A stretch of 44,664 nucleotides of DNA, from the NCBI RefSeq assembly GCF_001194135.2, contig NC_069004.1, forward strand, positions 21,296,677-21,341,340, written 5' to 3'. Made by a program: the position numbers and the translations under genes. The notes below the pieces were generated by a model that ran no database searches, was not told the DNA's origin, and saw only the letters and a list, made by a program, of their open reading frames with translations. Within the stretch, counting starts at the first letter, position 1, and each line of letters opens with the position of its first letter. Shown piece after piece: positions 11,636 through 23,819 of this stretch. The DNA comes from Octopus bimaculoides. Its lineage: Eukaryota.

Positions 11636-11894
11636 AGATGTGATTAACTGCAGAATAAAACTGGATATATAAATCTCTGTTCCCATTAATTATTTATTTA
11701 TTATTTCTTCTCTACTGACAAAATGCACTCTCTATAGGGACATACATATTTACCAATGTGAGGATCTACTAAGGATAGTAAAATATAGTAACTGGAGTTT
11801 TTCTACACTCACTGAAGTTAGCCAGCATTATTGACCAGTAAATGAGAATATGGTACTCGCTAGGACTGTATATCCCTAGTAACCAAATTTGGAA

Positions 11895-11925
<31 letters not shown>

Positions 11926-12224
11926 CATACACACACACACACAAAATATGGGTGTTTAACTCATAAGTGATTTAAAACAACTAGGTATGCTAGGTAAGTG
12001 CTATAATGGATTATTAGGGCTCCAAGGTTATTGCTGAGATGGTAGTTATGGAGCCATTGCAGATTTCTGATATAGCAGATATAATTGTTAAAGAAGACAA
12101 CAAACGTTAAAGGCAAGGCAAATATCTCAAGTCATATACATTATTTTTTTTTCCCAATAATAATAATGTATATGACTTGAGATGTTTGCCTTGCTTTAAT
12201 GTTTGTTGTCCTCTTTAGAAATTT

Positions 12225-12265
<41 letters not shown>

Positions 12266-12564
12266 GAAATTTACAGAAAAACAAAAGTCGAAGACAGGTG
12301 TATAAACAACAAGCAGGTGTATTAGTTTGATGCTCGGGAAGGTGAGAAAGTCTTTTACGTTTCAAGCCTATGATCTTCAACAGAAAAGAACACAAGGAAA
12401 TAAACAGAGAGAGAATAAAAAACACGTGGATTTAGCAGTCAATCATGGTGACTCATATATATGCACACACACAGCACTTCCAGAACTTATGAGGATACAA
12501 AATAGAGTTTACACATAAAACTCCTTTCTTTACCATGGTGTTAGACAAGTTTAAAAACTATCTT

Positions 12565-12950
12565 TCCATTCATCCATCCATTTTCTCCACCCACTATTCA
12601 TGGGAGGGTCGTTGGGGTAGAGTCCTCAGGCATCTTTTCTACAGGATCCTACTAGAAGCAATAGCAACAGTCATTATATTTTCTGGCTGAATTCCTAAGC
12701 ATGACCAATTGAGACTATGGATATTATTCAACCATTTCACTGATGGTTTAAGACTTGGTCTCTTGCCTGTTGGCTCAGCTTGAAGAATCCATCTTGCAAT
12801 TCTTTCCTGTAACATTCTAATCACATATCCATTGTACCAGAGCTATGACATCTCAATGCAGAGAAATAGTGAGTCAACCTAGAGAGATGCCCTGATCTCC
12901 AAGTTAGGAGTAACATTGCTCCAGAGATCCTTAAGGGGATCCCAATTTCA
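12565..12950 (-). mobile_element. RTE LINE 3' fragment
   Basis: IRMLQERIARWILQAEPTGKRP...KWLNNIHSLNWSCLGI, matching the RTE C-terminal R-x-G-R-P-x-x-x-W region. Confidence 0.75.
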
Positions 12951-13000
12951 GTTGTTTGTATTTGCAATTGAACCCTTTCAGTTTTTACCCAACATTCATA

Positions 13001-13215
13001 TGCATGTGTCTTTGTGACTATGTTTGTCCCCCATCATCACTGCTGGTATGTTTACATCAACACAACTTAATGGTTTGGCAAAAGAGACTGTTAGAATAAA
13101 TAACAGGCTTTAAAGAAAAAAGGTACTAAGGTCAATTTATTCAACCAAAATTATTCAAGGCAGTATCCCAGCATGGCCACAGTCTAATGACTGAAACAAG
13201 TAAAAGATAAAACAT
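13001..13215 (+). mobile_element. SINE family A, 3' half
   Basis: Aligns with 4270-4485. Confidence 0.7.
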
Positions 13216-13500
13216 AAAAGATAGGGGAGAAGCACAAAAACTAAATTAAAGAAAGTAAATATGACTCTTTTTTACCAACCTCTCTTCTTTTGAGGATGAA
13301 TGCTGGAGCTGGTGTATTAAAGTACTAACACTTGCAATTCTAGTACCAATTCAGCCTCCTGCTTTCCACCACTCATTAACTTTATTAGATGTGGACATTT
13401 TGTCTGCCTCCTTTTCTATCCTCAAAGAATAGAAAGTTTTGTGAAATTAATGAACTTTTTGTGATCTGCCTACTCTGAGAAGTACTTACATAGAACTCAC

Positions 13501-13687
13501 CTATTAGGAAGGTTGTTGAGGACTGGTTGATCACATCCCAGGAACAAACTAATCACATCAGCAGCTAGAACAACACTCATAATGATCAACTTCAATGTTA
13601 TCAGTTTTGGTACATCCAACCTCATCTTTGATGATATTGTACCTCCAAGCAGCGTACCCATTGCTGAAGATATAAGAGATACCACAC
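13501..13687 (-). CDS. SLCO: SLCO/OATP exon D (187 bp): (C)VVSLISSAMGTLLGGTISSKMRLDVPKLITLKLIIMSVVLAADVISLFLGCDQPVLNNLPN
   Basis: ttcttccAG acceptor at 13690-13688, GTGAGT donor from 13500, phase 1-2. G-x-L-L-G-G (TM8) and L-G-C (end of TM9). Confidence 0.94.
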
Positions 13688-14149
13688 CTGGAAGAATTGA
13701 AAATTATATTAATTAATTAATAACATATTGACTATAATATGTCACTATGATGTGACACATGGAAATGTAATATATTGAACTAGATGTATTGAAAATGGAC
13801 ATTAAAATAATGATAATAGTAATGATGGTGATGGTTGTGGTGGTGCTGGTGCTGGAGGTGGCACTGGTAATGATGACGATGATGATGATGATGACTAAGA
13901 CAATGAGGAAGTATCAAAGGTATTAGAATATTCCTCACAACTGGTCATTAAAGGTTGATTTCTTCAATAACCAGTTCAGCACTTTCACTTGACATGCTTT
14001 CTGTTCTCTGTCCTTATATATTCATGTACAGTGATAAAAAGAGAATCCATCCAAGGACCCTATACCCCAAAAGGAACACACAAACAAGATATGGTCTCTG
14101 ATATGTGCAAGAGGGCATTAACTGTCAATAAGAACAAACCGTGTTAATA

Positions 14150-14338
14150 TGGAAAAATAATGATGATGATGACAATAACGGTGATGATGATAATAACAAC
14201 GATGATGACGACGATGATAACAGTGATGACAACATCGATGGTGTCGACGATGATGATGATGACAATGAACATGATGATGATGACAATAATGATGATGATA
14301 CATGTGTGTGCGTGTGTTGCGTGTGTGTGTGGGTGGAT

Positions 14339-14415
<77 letters not shown>

Positions 14416-14425
14416 TGTGTGTATG
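14150..14425. repeat. Compound microsatellite (GAT/GAC/AAC)n followed by (GT)n
   Basis: Seen directly. Confidence 0.95.
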
Positions 14426-14503
14426 AGCCTTTATGAATAGTGTAGAAACAAATAGAAATAGAAAAGTATATTGGTAGTTCACTCCAAATGGCACACATAT
14501 TTA

Positions 14504-14735
14504 TTGACCGTTTAGCATTCAGATTCCTCTGTCAAATGCAATGCTTATTTATTCACATTGTTTCGAATTAATCATGTATTATTATCTTGTAGCTTCAAGA
14601 TTTCAATGATGTGATTATTTAGCTTTAGAATGACATTGTAGGGTAGGTGTGAGAGGTCAGGAACTGGCCAGTTTGAACGTAAAATAGATAGAATATTTTG
14701 GCCGGATATGGCCATTTTAAATGCTAAAGGGTTAA
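14504..14735. mobile_element. piggyBac-type MITE
   Basis: Ends ttgaccgtttagcatt ... aatgctaaagggttaa give a decayed TTAA-CCCTTTAGCATT terminal inverted repeat with TTAA target. Confidence 0.65.
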
Positions 14736-14751
14736 AATAAAGAAATCTTCT

Positions 14752-14955
14752 TTTCCACTATAGGCACAAGGCCTGAAATGTTGGAGGAGGGGTATACTTG
14801 ATTACATTGACCTGAATGCTTGACTGGTACTTATTTTATTGACCCTGAAGGGATGAAAAGCAAATTTGACTTCAGCAGTATTTGAACTCAGAATGTCAAG
14901 ATAGATGACATGCCACTAAGCATTTTGTCTGGCATGCTAACAATTCTGCCAGCTT
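14752..14955 (-). mobile_element. SINE family B, about 60 bp from the exon C donor
   Basis: Aligns with 4895-5108. Confidence 0.75.
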
Positions 14956-15013
14956 GTTGCAAAAAAAAAAAAAAAAACCCTCCAGAAAACCTGGATGGAA
15001 AGTGAATACTTAC

Positions 15014-15178
15014 ACATGGTTATATTGGCTTTCAAAGGGGAGAGGAGAAACACTATCTCCAGATATTTAGCTGAGAAAGCAAAAAAACCCATAACCATCA
15101 GTAGCAGAATTGTATTGGAGAGTAAGCATATGTTATAGACTGGGTTTTTCAAGACATCTGCCAGAGACTTTGGTAAAG
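15014..15178 (-). CDS. SLCO: SLCO/OATP exon C (165 bp): (A)LPKSLADVLKNPVYNICLLSNTILLLMVMGFFAFSAKYLEIVFLLSPLKANITM
   Basis: ttttcactccAG acceptor and GTAAGT donor from 15013, phase 1-1. L-x-N-P...F-x-x-K-Y-L-E motif of OATP TM7. Confidence 0.95.
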
Positions 15179-16419
15179 CTGGAGTGAAAAGAATGAAAAC
15201 AAAGTTAGTAGTTAGATTATTTATGAATAAATATAATGAGTTATAACAGTATTTAGTATTGCTGTGTTAGAGGGAAAGTGATAGTGCATGCTTTAGTGAT
15301 TAATTCATCTCAACAGTGGCCAGTGAGAGTGTCAGATGCATTCTGGCTTTTCCGTCTTTTTCAATGGTGCTACTAGAGTAACAGGTCCATCAATAGTGCA
15401 GAGCTTGATCTAAGCACTCTAATTTTTTCACAGTGAATGTACCAGCTACCTCGGACACTTGGTAAAGAGCTCTCTTGGAGGAACTGTGCAGGCTGAAGCA
15501 ACCAGGAGGTGGATGCACTACATTAACTATACTATACAGATGGTTATTTTAATTAAATACTGACTTAACTGTATATACCAGATTTTTAATCAGCTGGATG
15601 GCTATTTGCAGCATCAGTGAATGTTTTATTCTTCTTTTTCTATATCAGAGAGGAAAAATTCTCACCTCAGCAAATGGCCAACCATATATACACACCATTG
15701 GAGAGGCCTAAAGAGGCCGAAATGTATCCGGTGCTCTTGCTGGTTGCTGCTGCTGAGTTGAATTGTTCTTTCTCTCTGAGATATTTATTGTGTTTTTAAC
15801 ACAGCAAATCAATAAGAGATGTTATCTCAAGACAGTAATTGTCTTATCAACAGATCATTCATGATCACAAGATTGTGGTTTCGATTCCCAGACAAAGCGG
15901 TGTATTGTATTCTTAATCAAAACACTTCATTTTATGTTGCTCTGTGATCATTGACATCTGATACATGGCACACTGTGCACTTGTATAAACAACATTGATT
16001 TGATAGACGAAGTAAGCTAATGTACCACACAAACATTTGATTACTAGAAACAAATCATCTGTGCAGGTTGCTCACTAGAAGTTGCAGAATCCTCATCTGT
16101 TTTTTACAACAGGTGAGTCCACAACTGAAGTGAGAAAAAGAATAGAAAACAACTACAACAGCAGCAACAACACACACAAGGACGTCACCAAGAAGCTGCT
16201 GGATTTGAGAGACTTGGCAAGCAACCAAATATCAGCTTTGAGTGGCAGTTCTTAAATGGCATGACACAATTGGCATCTAGGAGAGGCACAAATGTTTGAA
16301 AATTTAACATATTGCTTTAGAAAATGCATAGTAGTGTTTTAGCATCTTGAGAAATTGAGTCTGGAGGAAGGGTCAGTGTTTGTGATCCATACAGGTCCTC
16401 TGAGATTAGTGAGATGTTA

Positions 16420-17580
16420 ATATTCCGTTTAAAGTGTTACGGGTCAATGCCTGCCAAGTAGAGAGTGGCTTCCAGAGAGCCAATGAAGTATTGGACATAA
16501 CAAGGGAGACAAGACGGAGAGATGAGTGGATTATTGGTGCCTGAATTGTAGAAGTACAAGAGCAGCCAGTTCTGAGGAATGGAGACTATTAGAGCAGTGA
16601 TGGAAAACACAGTAAACCAGTGGGCTGGAGTATATCTATTAGTGATGGAATGCAAACCAGCTGAGTATCCCTTCTCTGGATGTGGTTCAGAATGTCAGTG
16701 TGCATGGCAGGGATTCTGTTTCTAGATGTGGGTGTACTACTCCACTGTGGACCTTACTTGAGCCTTGTAGAGTGTCAGTAGTTGTAGGGGACTGAAATAT
16801 CTTTTGGCCCTGAAGAGAAGGGTTAGCTTTTGCAATATGGTTTTAGCTATGCAAAGGATATGCTTTTATCAGGAGAGATCCTTGATAGTAAAACTCAGAA
16901 TTTGGAGTGACTGTGAGGGTTCTAGCTGAGTATTGTTATGTTTAGTGGAGTTGTGGAGCAGAGGTAGTTTTTGGATAAGAGTAATGCTTGAGATTTTTTG
17001 GTGTTCACCGTTTTGATACCAACCTGATTGGTTCTGTGATCACATTTCCTATTTTAATGTGATCTAAATCAAAGCCTTGCATCAAAATTTCATGTTAATT
17101 TATGTCCCAGGCACCAGTTTAATAAGGTCAAATATTTACTAAGTTATTCATTATTTAAAAAATTAATTGAAACAAAACCAGTGAATGTCAAGTGAAATAT
17201 GGCAACAAAAGAGTTAAAAGAGACAAGATTAGTATGACCCTATTAGCAGATGCTCTCAAGGTTTTTGTTTGGAGTCAATGAATGTTTAGTGAGTGGTATT
17301 TAGAATGTGTGTGGATGATGCAAGGTTAAGAAAGGTTAAAGAGAAATGAAGGGTCATGTCATCGGCATAAGAGTGGTCATTGTTGGATGTGGCAACAAGT
17401 AAGTTATTGATGTATCAACAGAAGAGAGAAGGGGACAGAACTGAATCTTGGAGAACACCAGAGCTGACTGAGACATCACTATAATACATGCCATGATAGT
17501 GAAATCAGGTAAGAAGGTACCAGCCCAAGAAAATAAAGATGGGTGAAACCTGTGGTAAGAAGTCTTGGTTGGAGATTTAC
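16420..17580 (-). mobile_element. CR1/L2-group LINE RT fragment, interrupted by a MITE-like insert at about 17003-17215
   Basis: GVLQDSVLSPSLF...YINNL...HSYADDMTL at 17350-17470, then DLSxxKHI...AKRYFSPLQLLTLYKAQVR...HIQRR at 16660-16900. Confidence 0.7.
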
Positions 17581-17854
17581 ATGCCAATCACAAGTCAAAC
17601 TTTTCTGAAACAAGGGCCCACTTATGAATGACATAATCTTGTTACACATATCTAAAACTAATAAAACCAAGTAAATTATTTTTATATGTTTATGTATTTG
17701 TTTTGCAAGATGCCTGATGTAAAATCGTGTGTTGAAACAGATATTGTTATATTTGGGAATGATCACTTTTTTTTTGTGCCAAGTAACCACATGCACTATA
17801 CGCATATTTTTCACTTCAGCTTTATTATCACTTCTATTTTAGTGTCTTTTGTTT

Positions 17855-17893
17855 GAAATCTTTCATCACACATCCTGTGACCTCTTCAGTGAC
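17855..17893 (-). ncRNA. Hammerhead-like core with no stem I
   Basis: CTGAAGA-G-GTCAC(aggatgt)GTGAT-GAAA-GATTT-C. Core and stem II are intact, but the sequence after the cleavage site cannot pair with the 5' GTCA. Confidence 0.4.
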
Positions 17894-18019
17894 TCTCCAT
17901 CCCATGTGTCTCCTTCTGTCCTGTTTAGTTTTTCATAATTTAAAAATTTTAAATATTGATCCAGTATATGCAATTGAATCAGTATGTAATTAAAACAACC
18001 ATCTATATATTGTTATGTT

Positions 18020-18300
18020 ACTGGCACTCTGTCAGTTACGACAGTTGATCCGATCAATGGAACAGCCTGCTCATGAAATTAACGTGCAAGTGGCTGAGCA
18101 CTTCATAGACACACATACTCTTAAAGTAGTTCTCAGGGAGATTCAGCACGACACAGAATGAAACAAGGTTGGCCCTTTGAATTATAGTTACTACAGATTT
18201 TTGTCAGCTGAGTGGACTGGAGCAACATGAAATAAAGTGTCTTGCTCAAGGACACAACATACCACTGAAAATGGAATGCACAACTTTACAGTTATGAGCC
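18020..18300 (-). mobile_element. SINE family C
   Basis: gttgatccgatcaatggaacagcctgctcatgaaattaacgtgcaagtggctgagcac block shared with 25790, 33505 and 34590. Confidence 0.8.
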
Positions 18301-19210
18301 AAAGACCAGTCACTGAAGTATTCGTCCTGAGGCAAAAATAAAAATTAGAATGAGATGAAAATTCATCTCAGCAAGAATGCCAGATGCATTCTGGCCTTTT
18401 TGGTATTTCTCAATTGTGCTCCTGAAGTAACTGGTCCATAGATAGGTATGCTATATAGATGGCTATTTTAATTAAATACTGACACAATTGTGTATGCCAG
18501 ATTTTTAATCAGCTGGGTGGCTATTTGCCTCATCAGTGAATGTTTTATTATCTATTTTCTATATCAGAGACAACAAATTCTCATCTGAACATATGACTGG
18601 ATGCATGTATATGTCATTGGAAAAACCTAAAGGGACTGAAATGTATCTGGTGCTCTCACTGGCTGCTGCTGAATTGTTCTCTCTCTCTCTCTCTTTTTCT
18701 CTCTTTCTTTGAGATATTTATTGAGTTTTTAACACAACAAGTCCATAATAGATGTTATCTCAGGAGAAATTGCAGAAATTGGCCTATCAATGGTATGTAA
18801 ACACATTAAGTATGAAATATAGATGGCTATTTAAAATATAGTGTTAGACCACACGTGGCCTCCCAACACCACCAACAGGCTCCAACAGTCTGTGTCTGAT
18901 AGCTCAGAAGACTACACAGGCGAGCTCAGCAAACCAACTTGCTTAGAGCGGAAGGAGCAGTAGTCAAAGAAGTAAGGAGAGTTGAAAATAACAAGCAAAA
19001 CCGTTGAGTATAGCCAAAATAAAAGAACTTTTAATTAAGAGGCGAATAAGCATTTATAGAATGGATTGACAGTTCTTTAGAGAGTTTTCAGAGAGTTCTT
19101 TCATTTACCTCTGAAATGTGTAGACTTCTTTTGATGAGCTCTTCTTTTATTCACCAGTCTAATGATTTATTTTCTCTTTTTTTTCTCTTTCTTTTTTTCT
19201 TATTGGATTC

Positions 19211-19600
19211 TGTTGTTACTTCCAAATTCACAGTATCATTCCAAATTCTTTACTTTACCAAGTTCACACTGACTATTTTCACAGCAAGTTCAAAACCATC
19301 CACTGTTCACATTAACCACTGAAACTAACTTCACACTTGATACCAAATACTGCGTCAACTGTTCCACATGAAATTGCCTGGCACCATCGCTCAAGTCAAC
19401 TGTCTCACATCGACCACATGGCACTGGCTATTACATAAGACCACTTGCATTGACTTTCATCACATCACACATCAATGTCACACATCATCTTCCTGTAGAC
19501 TTCGAACCACCTGTTCACATTGGCTTCCAGCATGAACTTCCAGCACAAACCAACTTTGTTGCCATGTGTTCACTAGTAGTTTTTACAGTTTTCCCACACA
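19211..19600 (-). mobile_element. Possible solo LTR
   Basis: The minus strand starts TGTGTGGG and ends ACA, with an A-rich 3' part. No target-site duplication or internal domain was confirmed. Confidence 0.25.
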
Positions 19601-19899
19601 GTAAAAATCATCCCAAAATCATACTGCCTATGCTTTAAATAGTCACATGACCACAAAGTTATTTTTTCAACTTTGCTTGCAAAATCAGAGAGCAGTGTTC
19701 TAATTCATGTTGTATGAATGAGAAATTATATGAATATAATTTTTTGTTCAATAGTTTTTGTTAAAATTACCACCTGAAGTGCACCAGCAATGTTTTACTC
19801 CCCATGCTAAGTGCAACAATAGTTGTTTTCCTGATCCCCAGTACAACATAAAGTCAAAGAGGCTGACAACCACAAGTCTAAGGTCTTCAAAAAGAAAAT

Positions 19900-20460
19900 G
19901 TATCAGATACATTTTGACTGGAAAACACAGGATGGTCATACTGGAATGCCTTTGATCTTAGGTCTCTTTGATTAAGACTGACCTGGGGTTAAACAGGAAA
20001 GGCCTTGAGGAAGCCTTTATGTGGTTGCTCAGACTACTAGAAATGGCAGCTGAATTTTCTTCAAATCACACCCTTGCTTCTTAAATATAAACACACTGTA
20101 CAAAGTCATCTCTGATATGCAAAAAGACAGGATGGTCAAGGATGAACCACTGTTGTCCATTGGTTTGTAATAGAAGTGGTGACCTGAGCTAAACTACAAC
20201 AGTAACAAAGTAACTATGACAGCTATTGCAACAATGAACCAAAGAGGGAACCTCTGCATAGCCACTCATACTGCTAGAAATAGTAACCAAATCTCTCACA
20301 CAACACTGCATCATTTTAAAATAGAAAGCTCACATTGTATAATGTAGTGTCTATGAGATATCGCTAAAATGATGGGCTGGTTATGGGGTGGAATGCCTCT
20401 GACCATTGGTCTGTTCAATCAGAGAAGACCTGAGGCTAAATAACAACAACAACAGCAACA
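19900..20460 (+). repeat. Cluster of about three copies of a ~200-bp dispersed repeat (ctagaaatagcagccaaat...ggatggtc...gacctggggctaaacaacaac)
   Basis: Further copies at about 27105-27280 (+), 36700-36965 (-), 37030-37150 (-) and 38215-38300 (-). Confidence 0.7.
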
Positions 20461-20530
20461 TGAACAAAAAATACTGTAACTATAATAAAGCTTCAAACAC
20501 ACACGCGCACACACACACACAAAGCAATAC

Positions 20531-20737
20531 CTTTTAGTTTAGCCATAAGGGTCAATTCAGATGCAGACTCCCGATATTTCTTAGGTTCAATTGCCTGCCT
20601 TAACATAACATCTGGGTTCTTCAGAGACTTTGGAAAGAATACCAAAGGTAAACTAAGCACAGCACTGAAGCCAATCACTAAGAATCCAATCCACCAGGCT
20701 CCAATCCATCGAGGATCATTAGAATTAGTACCATGAT
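20531..20737 (-). CDS. SLCO: SLCO/OATP exon B (207 bp): (D)HGTNSNDPRWIGAWWIGFLVIGFSAVLSLPLVFFPKSL...MAKLK
   Basis: Contains the OATP family signature D-x-RW-(I/V)-GAWW-x-G-(F/L)-L exactly. ttttcAG acceptor at 20740-20738, GTATTG donor from 20530, phase 1-1. Confidence 0.96.
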
Positions 20738-23700
20738 CTGAAAAACAAAAAAAGATGGAAAAGTAAAAGAAAAAAATAAAGAATTTTGATATGAAGGTAG
20801 TCTTTTGAGATTTTCACTTCACTCCTTTTTAAATTTTTGTAAGTGGTGACCATTATTGANNNNNNNNNNNNNNNNNNNNNNNNNNNNNNNNNNNNNNNNN
20901 NNNNNNNNNNNNNNNNNNNNNNNNNNNNNNNNNNNNNNNNNNNNNNNNNNNNNNNNNNNNNNNNNNNNNNNNNNNNNNNNNNNNNNNNNNNNNNNNNNNN
21001 NNNNNNNNNNNNNNNNNNNNNNNNNNNNNNNNNNNNNNNNNNNNNNNNNNNNNNNNNNNNNNNNNNNNNNNNNNNNNNNNNNNNNNNNNNNNNNNNNNNN
21101 NNNNNNNNNNNNNNNNNNNNNNNNNNNNNNNNNNNNNNNNNNNNNNNNNNNNNNNNNNNNNNNNNNNNNNNNNNNNNNNNNNNNNNNNNNNNNNNNNNNN
21201 NNNNNNNNNNNNNNNNNNNNNNNNNNNNNNNNNNNNNNNNNNNNNNNNNNNNNNNNNNNNNNNNNNNNNNNNNNNNNNNNNNNNNNNNNNNNNNNNNNNN
21301 NNNNNNNNNNNNNNNNNNNNNNNNNNNNNNNNNNNNNNNNNNNNNNNNNNNNNNNNNNNNNNNNNNNNNNNNNNNNNNNNNNNNNNNNNNNNNNNNNNNN
21401 NNNNNNNNNNNNNNNNNNNNNNNNNNNNNNNNNNNNNNNNNNNNNNNNNNNNNNNNNNNNNNNNNNNNNNNNNNNNNNNNNNNNNNNNNNNNNNNNNNNN
21501 NNNNNNNNNNNNNNNNNNNNNNNNNNNNNNNNNNNNNNNNNNNNNNNNNNNNNNNNNNNNNTCCAGTAAGTGGTGGTGGGCACATTGAGTAATGTTTACT
21601 GTGTTTTTGATTTTGGGAAAAAAAAAAAAAAATTACCGAACATAGACTACACCAGCTTAGCAAATGACCTTCTCTGAATGCATTAAAACATTTTTTTAAT
21701 TTTTTGAAATTTTAAAAACATTTATTTTTTTTTATAATTTTTCGATTTTTTTAAAAATTACAGTTTAAAATATAGAAAGTCTGAATTTTTGGCTTTAATC
21801 CCAGCAATAAACTATTAGATGTGTTTATGGGGAGAAAGATATTGAAAAACATCAATACATCAGAGTGACAAACAAGGAGGGTTTTGGGTGATCATGAGAT
21901 GAGCCAAAAATAACAGCTAAGTAGCCCTTAAATCACATACACAAATGTTTTTGGTTTTTTCATAGTTGCATGAATTCTTGTGAACTTGTATGAAAATTTC
22001 AAAAAATAAAAATATTTGTGAGGGGTTATATGGGTTGCTTGAAACAGAATTCCACCTGGCTCTCTTGTACTATGTAGTTAAAGAGAAGAAATTATTGAAA
22101 TTACTCGATACTCATTTTGCCCCAACTTAGACTTCTTTTGAAAATTAAAAATTATTAAATTGGATATTAATGTGGGAGAAAATTGATGTGCAGTCCAACA
22201 GAGAAAAGAATATTGATTGTTAAACACCAAAAATTATCTAGATAATTTATTAGCAACCTCAATTACAATTGGGTCTAAATTGAGGAAACATTTCTTGATT
22301 AAAAGTACCTGTTATCTATGTTTCAAACTCTCTCAATGGCAACAACTATGATGACCAATTTTTACTCTCAAAGACGATGCAACAGTACAAAATGGTGGTG
22401 CAATAGTTGCATTGTTATGGTTTCAAACAGGTAGTGAAAAAAAATAACAATTCGTAATTACTCATTTTGCCCAGTTACCATTTCTATCCCACTCTCCTGT
22501 AATAATTTCAAGTATTTGACAAAATGACAAAAAATATTGAAAAAAGAAAGAAAGAAACAGATTTGATTTAATGGAAATCACGTGAACATAAAAGCAATAA
22601 TTCTAAAGCTGAAAAAGATACTTTGATCTGTTGAGGGATGTAATTTGATAATTAAAGCAAAATTCAATATATATAAATTTAAGAACACATTCTTTACTTA
22701 TTCTTTAGTAAAATAAGACCAGTTTTTAATGCTTCACTGAAATAATGGAGTTTACAAGTAGCAATATATGTGTGTGTGTATTTGTTTGTTTGTTTGTTTG
22801 TGTGTGTATGTGTGTGTGTGTGTGTGTATGCTTGTGTGTGTGCATGTGCAAGTGGTCATTCAACAGTAATTGCTCAGTCATGCGGTGAAAGAAGGAATTT
22901 GAACGAGAGACAATAAAACTTTTCTTCCAATCTATTTCATTATCTCTATATACATTCACACACACACACACATAGATACATTTTCACCACTGTTGTAAAG
23001 TGGGTTCTTCCTACTGGTGTGATGTGTGACTGCTGTTGTATTGTAGTTGCTGTTTTATGGTAGTAGCCATAATAGTTACTAGTCATCGGCTATCGTTGTA
23101 TCTCTTCATAGCGGAATAATAATTCACTAACTTCTGTCTTACTATCGCTGATAGCACCACAAAATACTGACTAGAACTGTCAACTCTCAACTCTTTGACT
23201 CTTGACCCTCTCTCGACGACCAGTTACTGGTCCATTTATAATGACTGGTTCCTACCACTTTTTACCAGACGGGTATACAGTTTCACTTTACAACAAGTAG
23301 AAAAATCTATAGCTACTTTTGGGACTGGTAGCGAACTGATTTTTCTTAATTTAATAAATTGGTGTTGATAAAATGAAAAAAATCTATGGTTATTTATCAT
23401 TAAAGAAAATCCATTATATTTTTTTAAGAAGTTGAGATGTTTGTAATTTGAAAGAAAGCCTCTTCATGAAAGATTGCTGGGAAGTGAAGGGGGCTTCCCT
23501 GTCTGTATTGAGTGCACTGCATCTTTTATAGAAAGCCACCCTGATATCAAGAGGGCCCCAATATTGAGGGGGCCCAATATCGAGGGAGCCTAGGACAGTT
23601 GCCCCTCAGTACCCTCACAAATCAATTCAAGTAAGCTATGATTAACACTTACAATAAAAACTCAAAGGTAAGTCTGAAAGTGAATAAACATCAATCCATA

Positions 23701-23819
23701 ATTGTCAGTCTCTCTTTCTCTGTCTCTCTCTGTCTCTCTCTCTCATACACACACACTCATGTACTCACATGCACACACATGCATGCATGCATACACACAC
23801 ATTACACACATACATACAC

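Larger units (their letters stand above)
15305..18770. repeat. Two diverged direct copies of an unclassified 400-530 bp sequence (about 15305-15835 and 18360-18770)
   Basis: Shared blocks ccagatgcattctggc, tattttaattaaatactgac, ccagatttttaatcagctgg, catcagtgaatgttttatt and gagatatttattg. The second copy lacks about 130 bp. Confidence 0.85.

Noticed and set aside
13484-13489. Second GTAAGT donor 11 nt into the intron after exon D
   Set aside because: Using it would include an in-frame TGA (AGG TGA).
14118-14498. His/Cys/Asp-rich ORFs here and at 26196-28202 and 39148-39533
   Set aside because: They are translations of microsatellites.
18480-18545. Minus-strand CTGATGA-GGC...ACACAATTGTGTC as a hammerhead
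   Set aside because: No GAAA, no stem I, and not conserved in the paralogous copy at 15560-15620.
20725-21663. Long poly-X ORFs (also 28860-29756 and 40133-40709)
   Set aside because: Artefacts of N-gaps.
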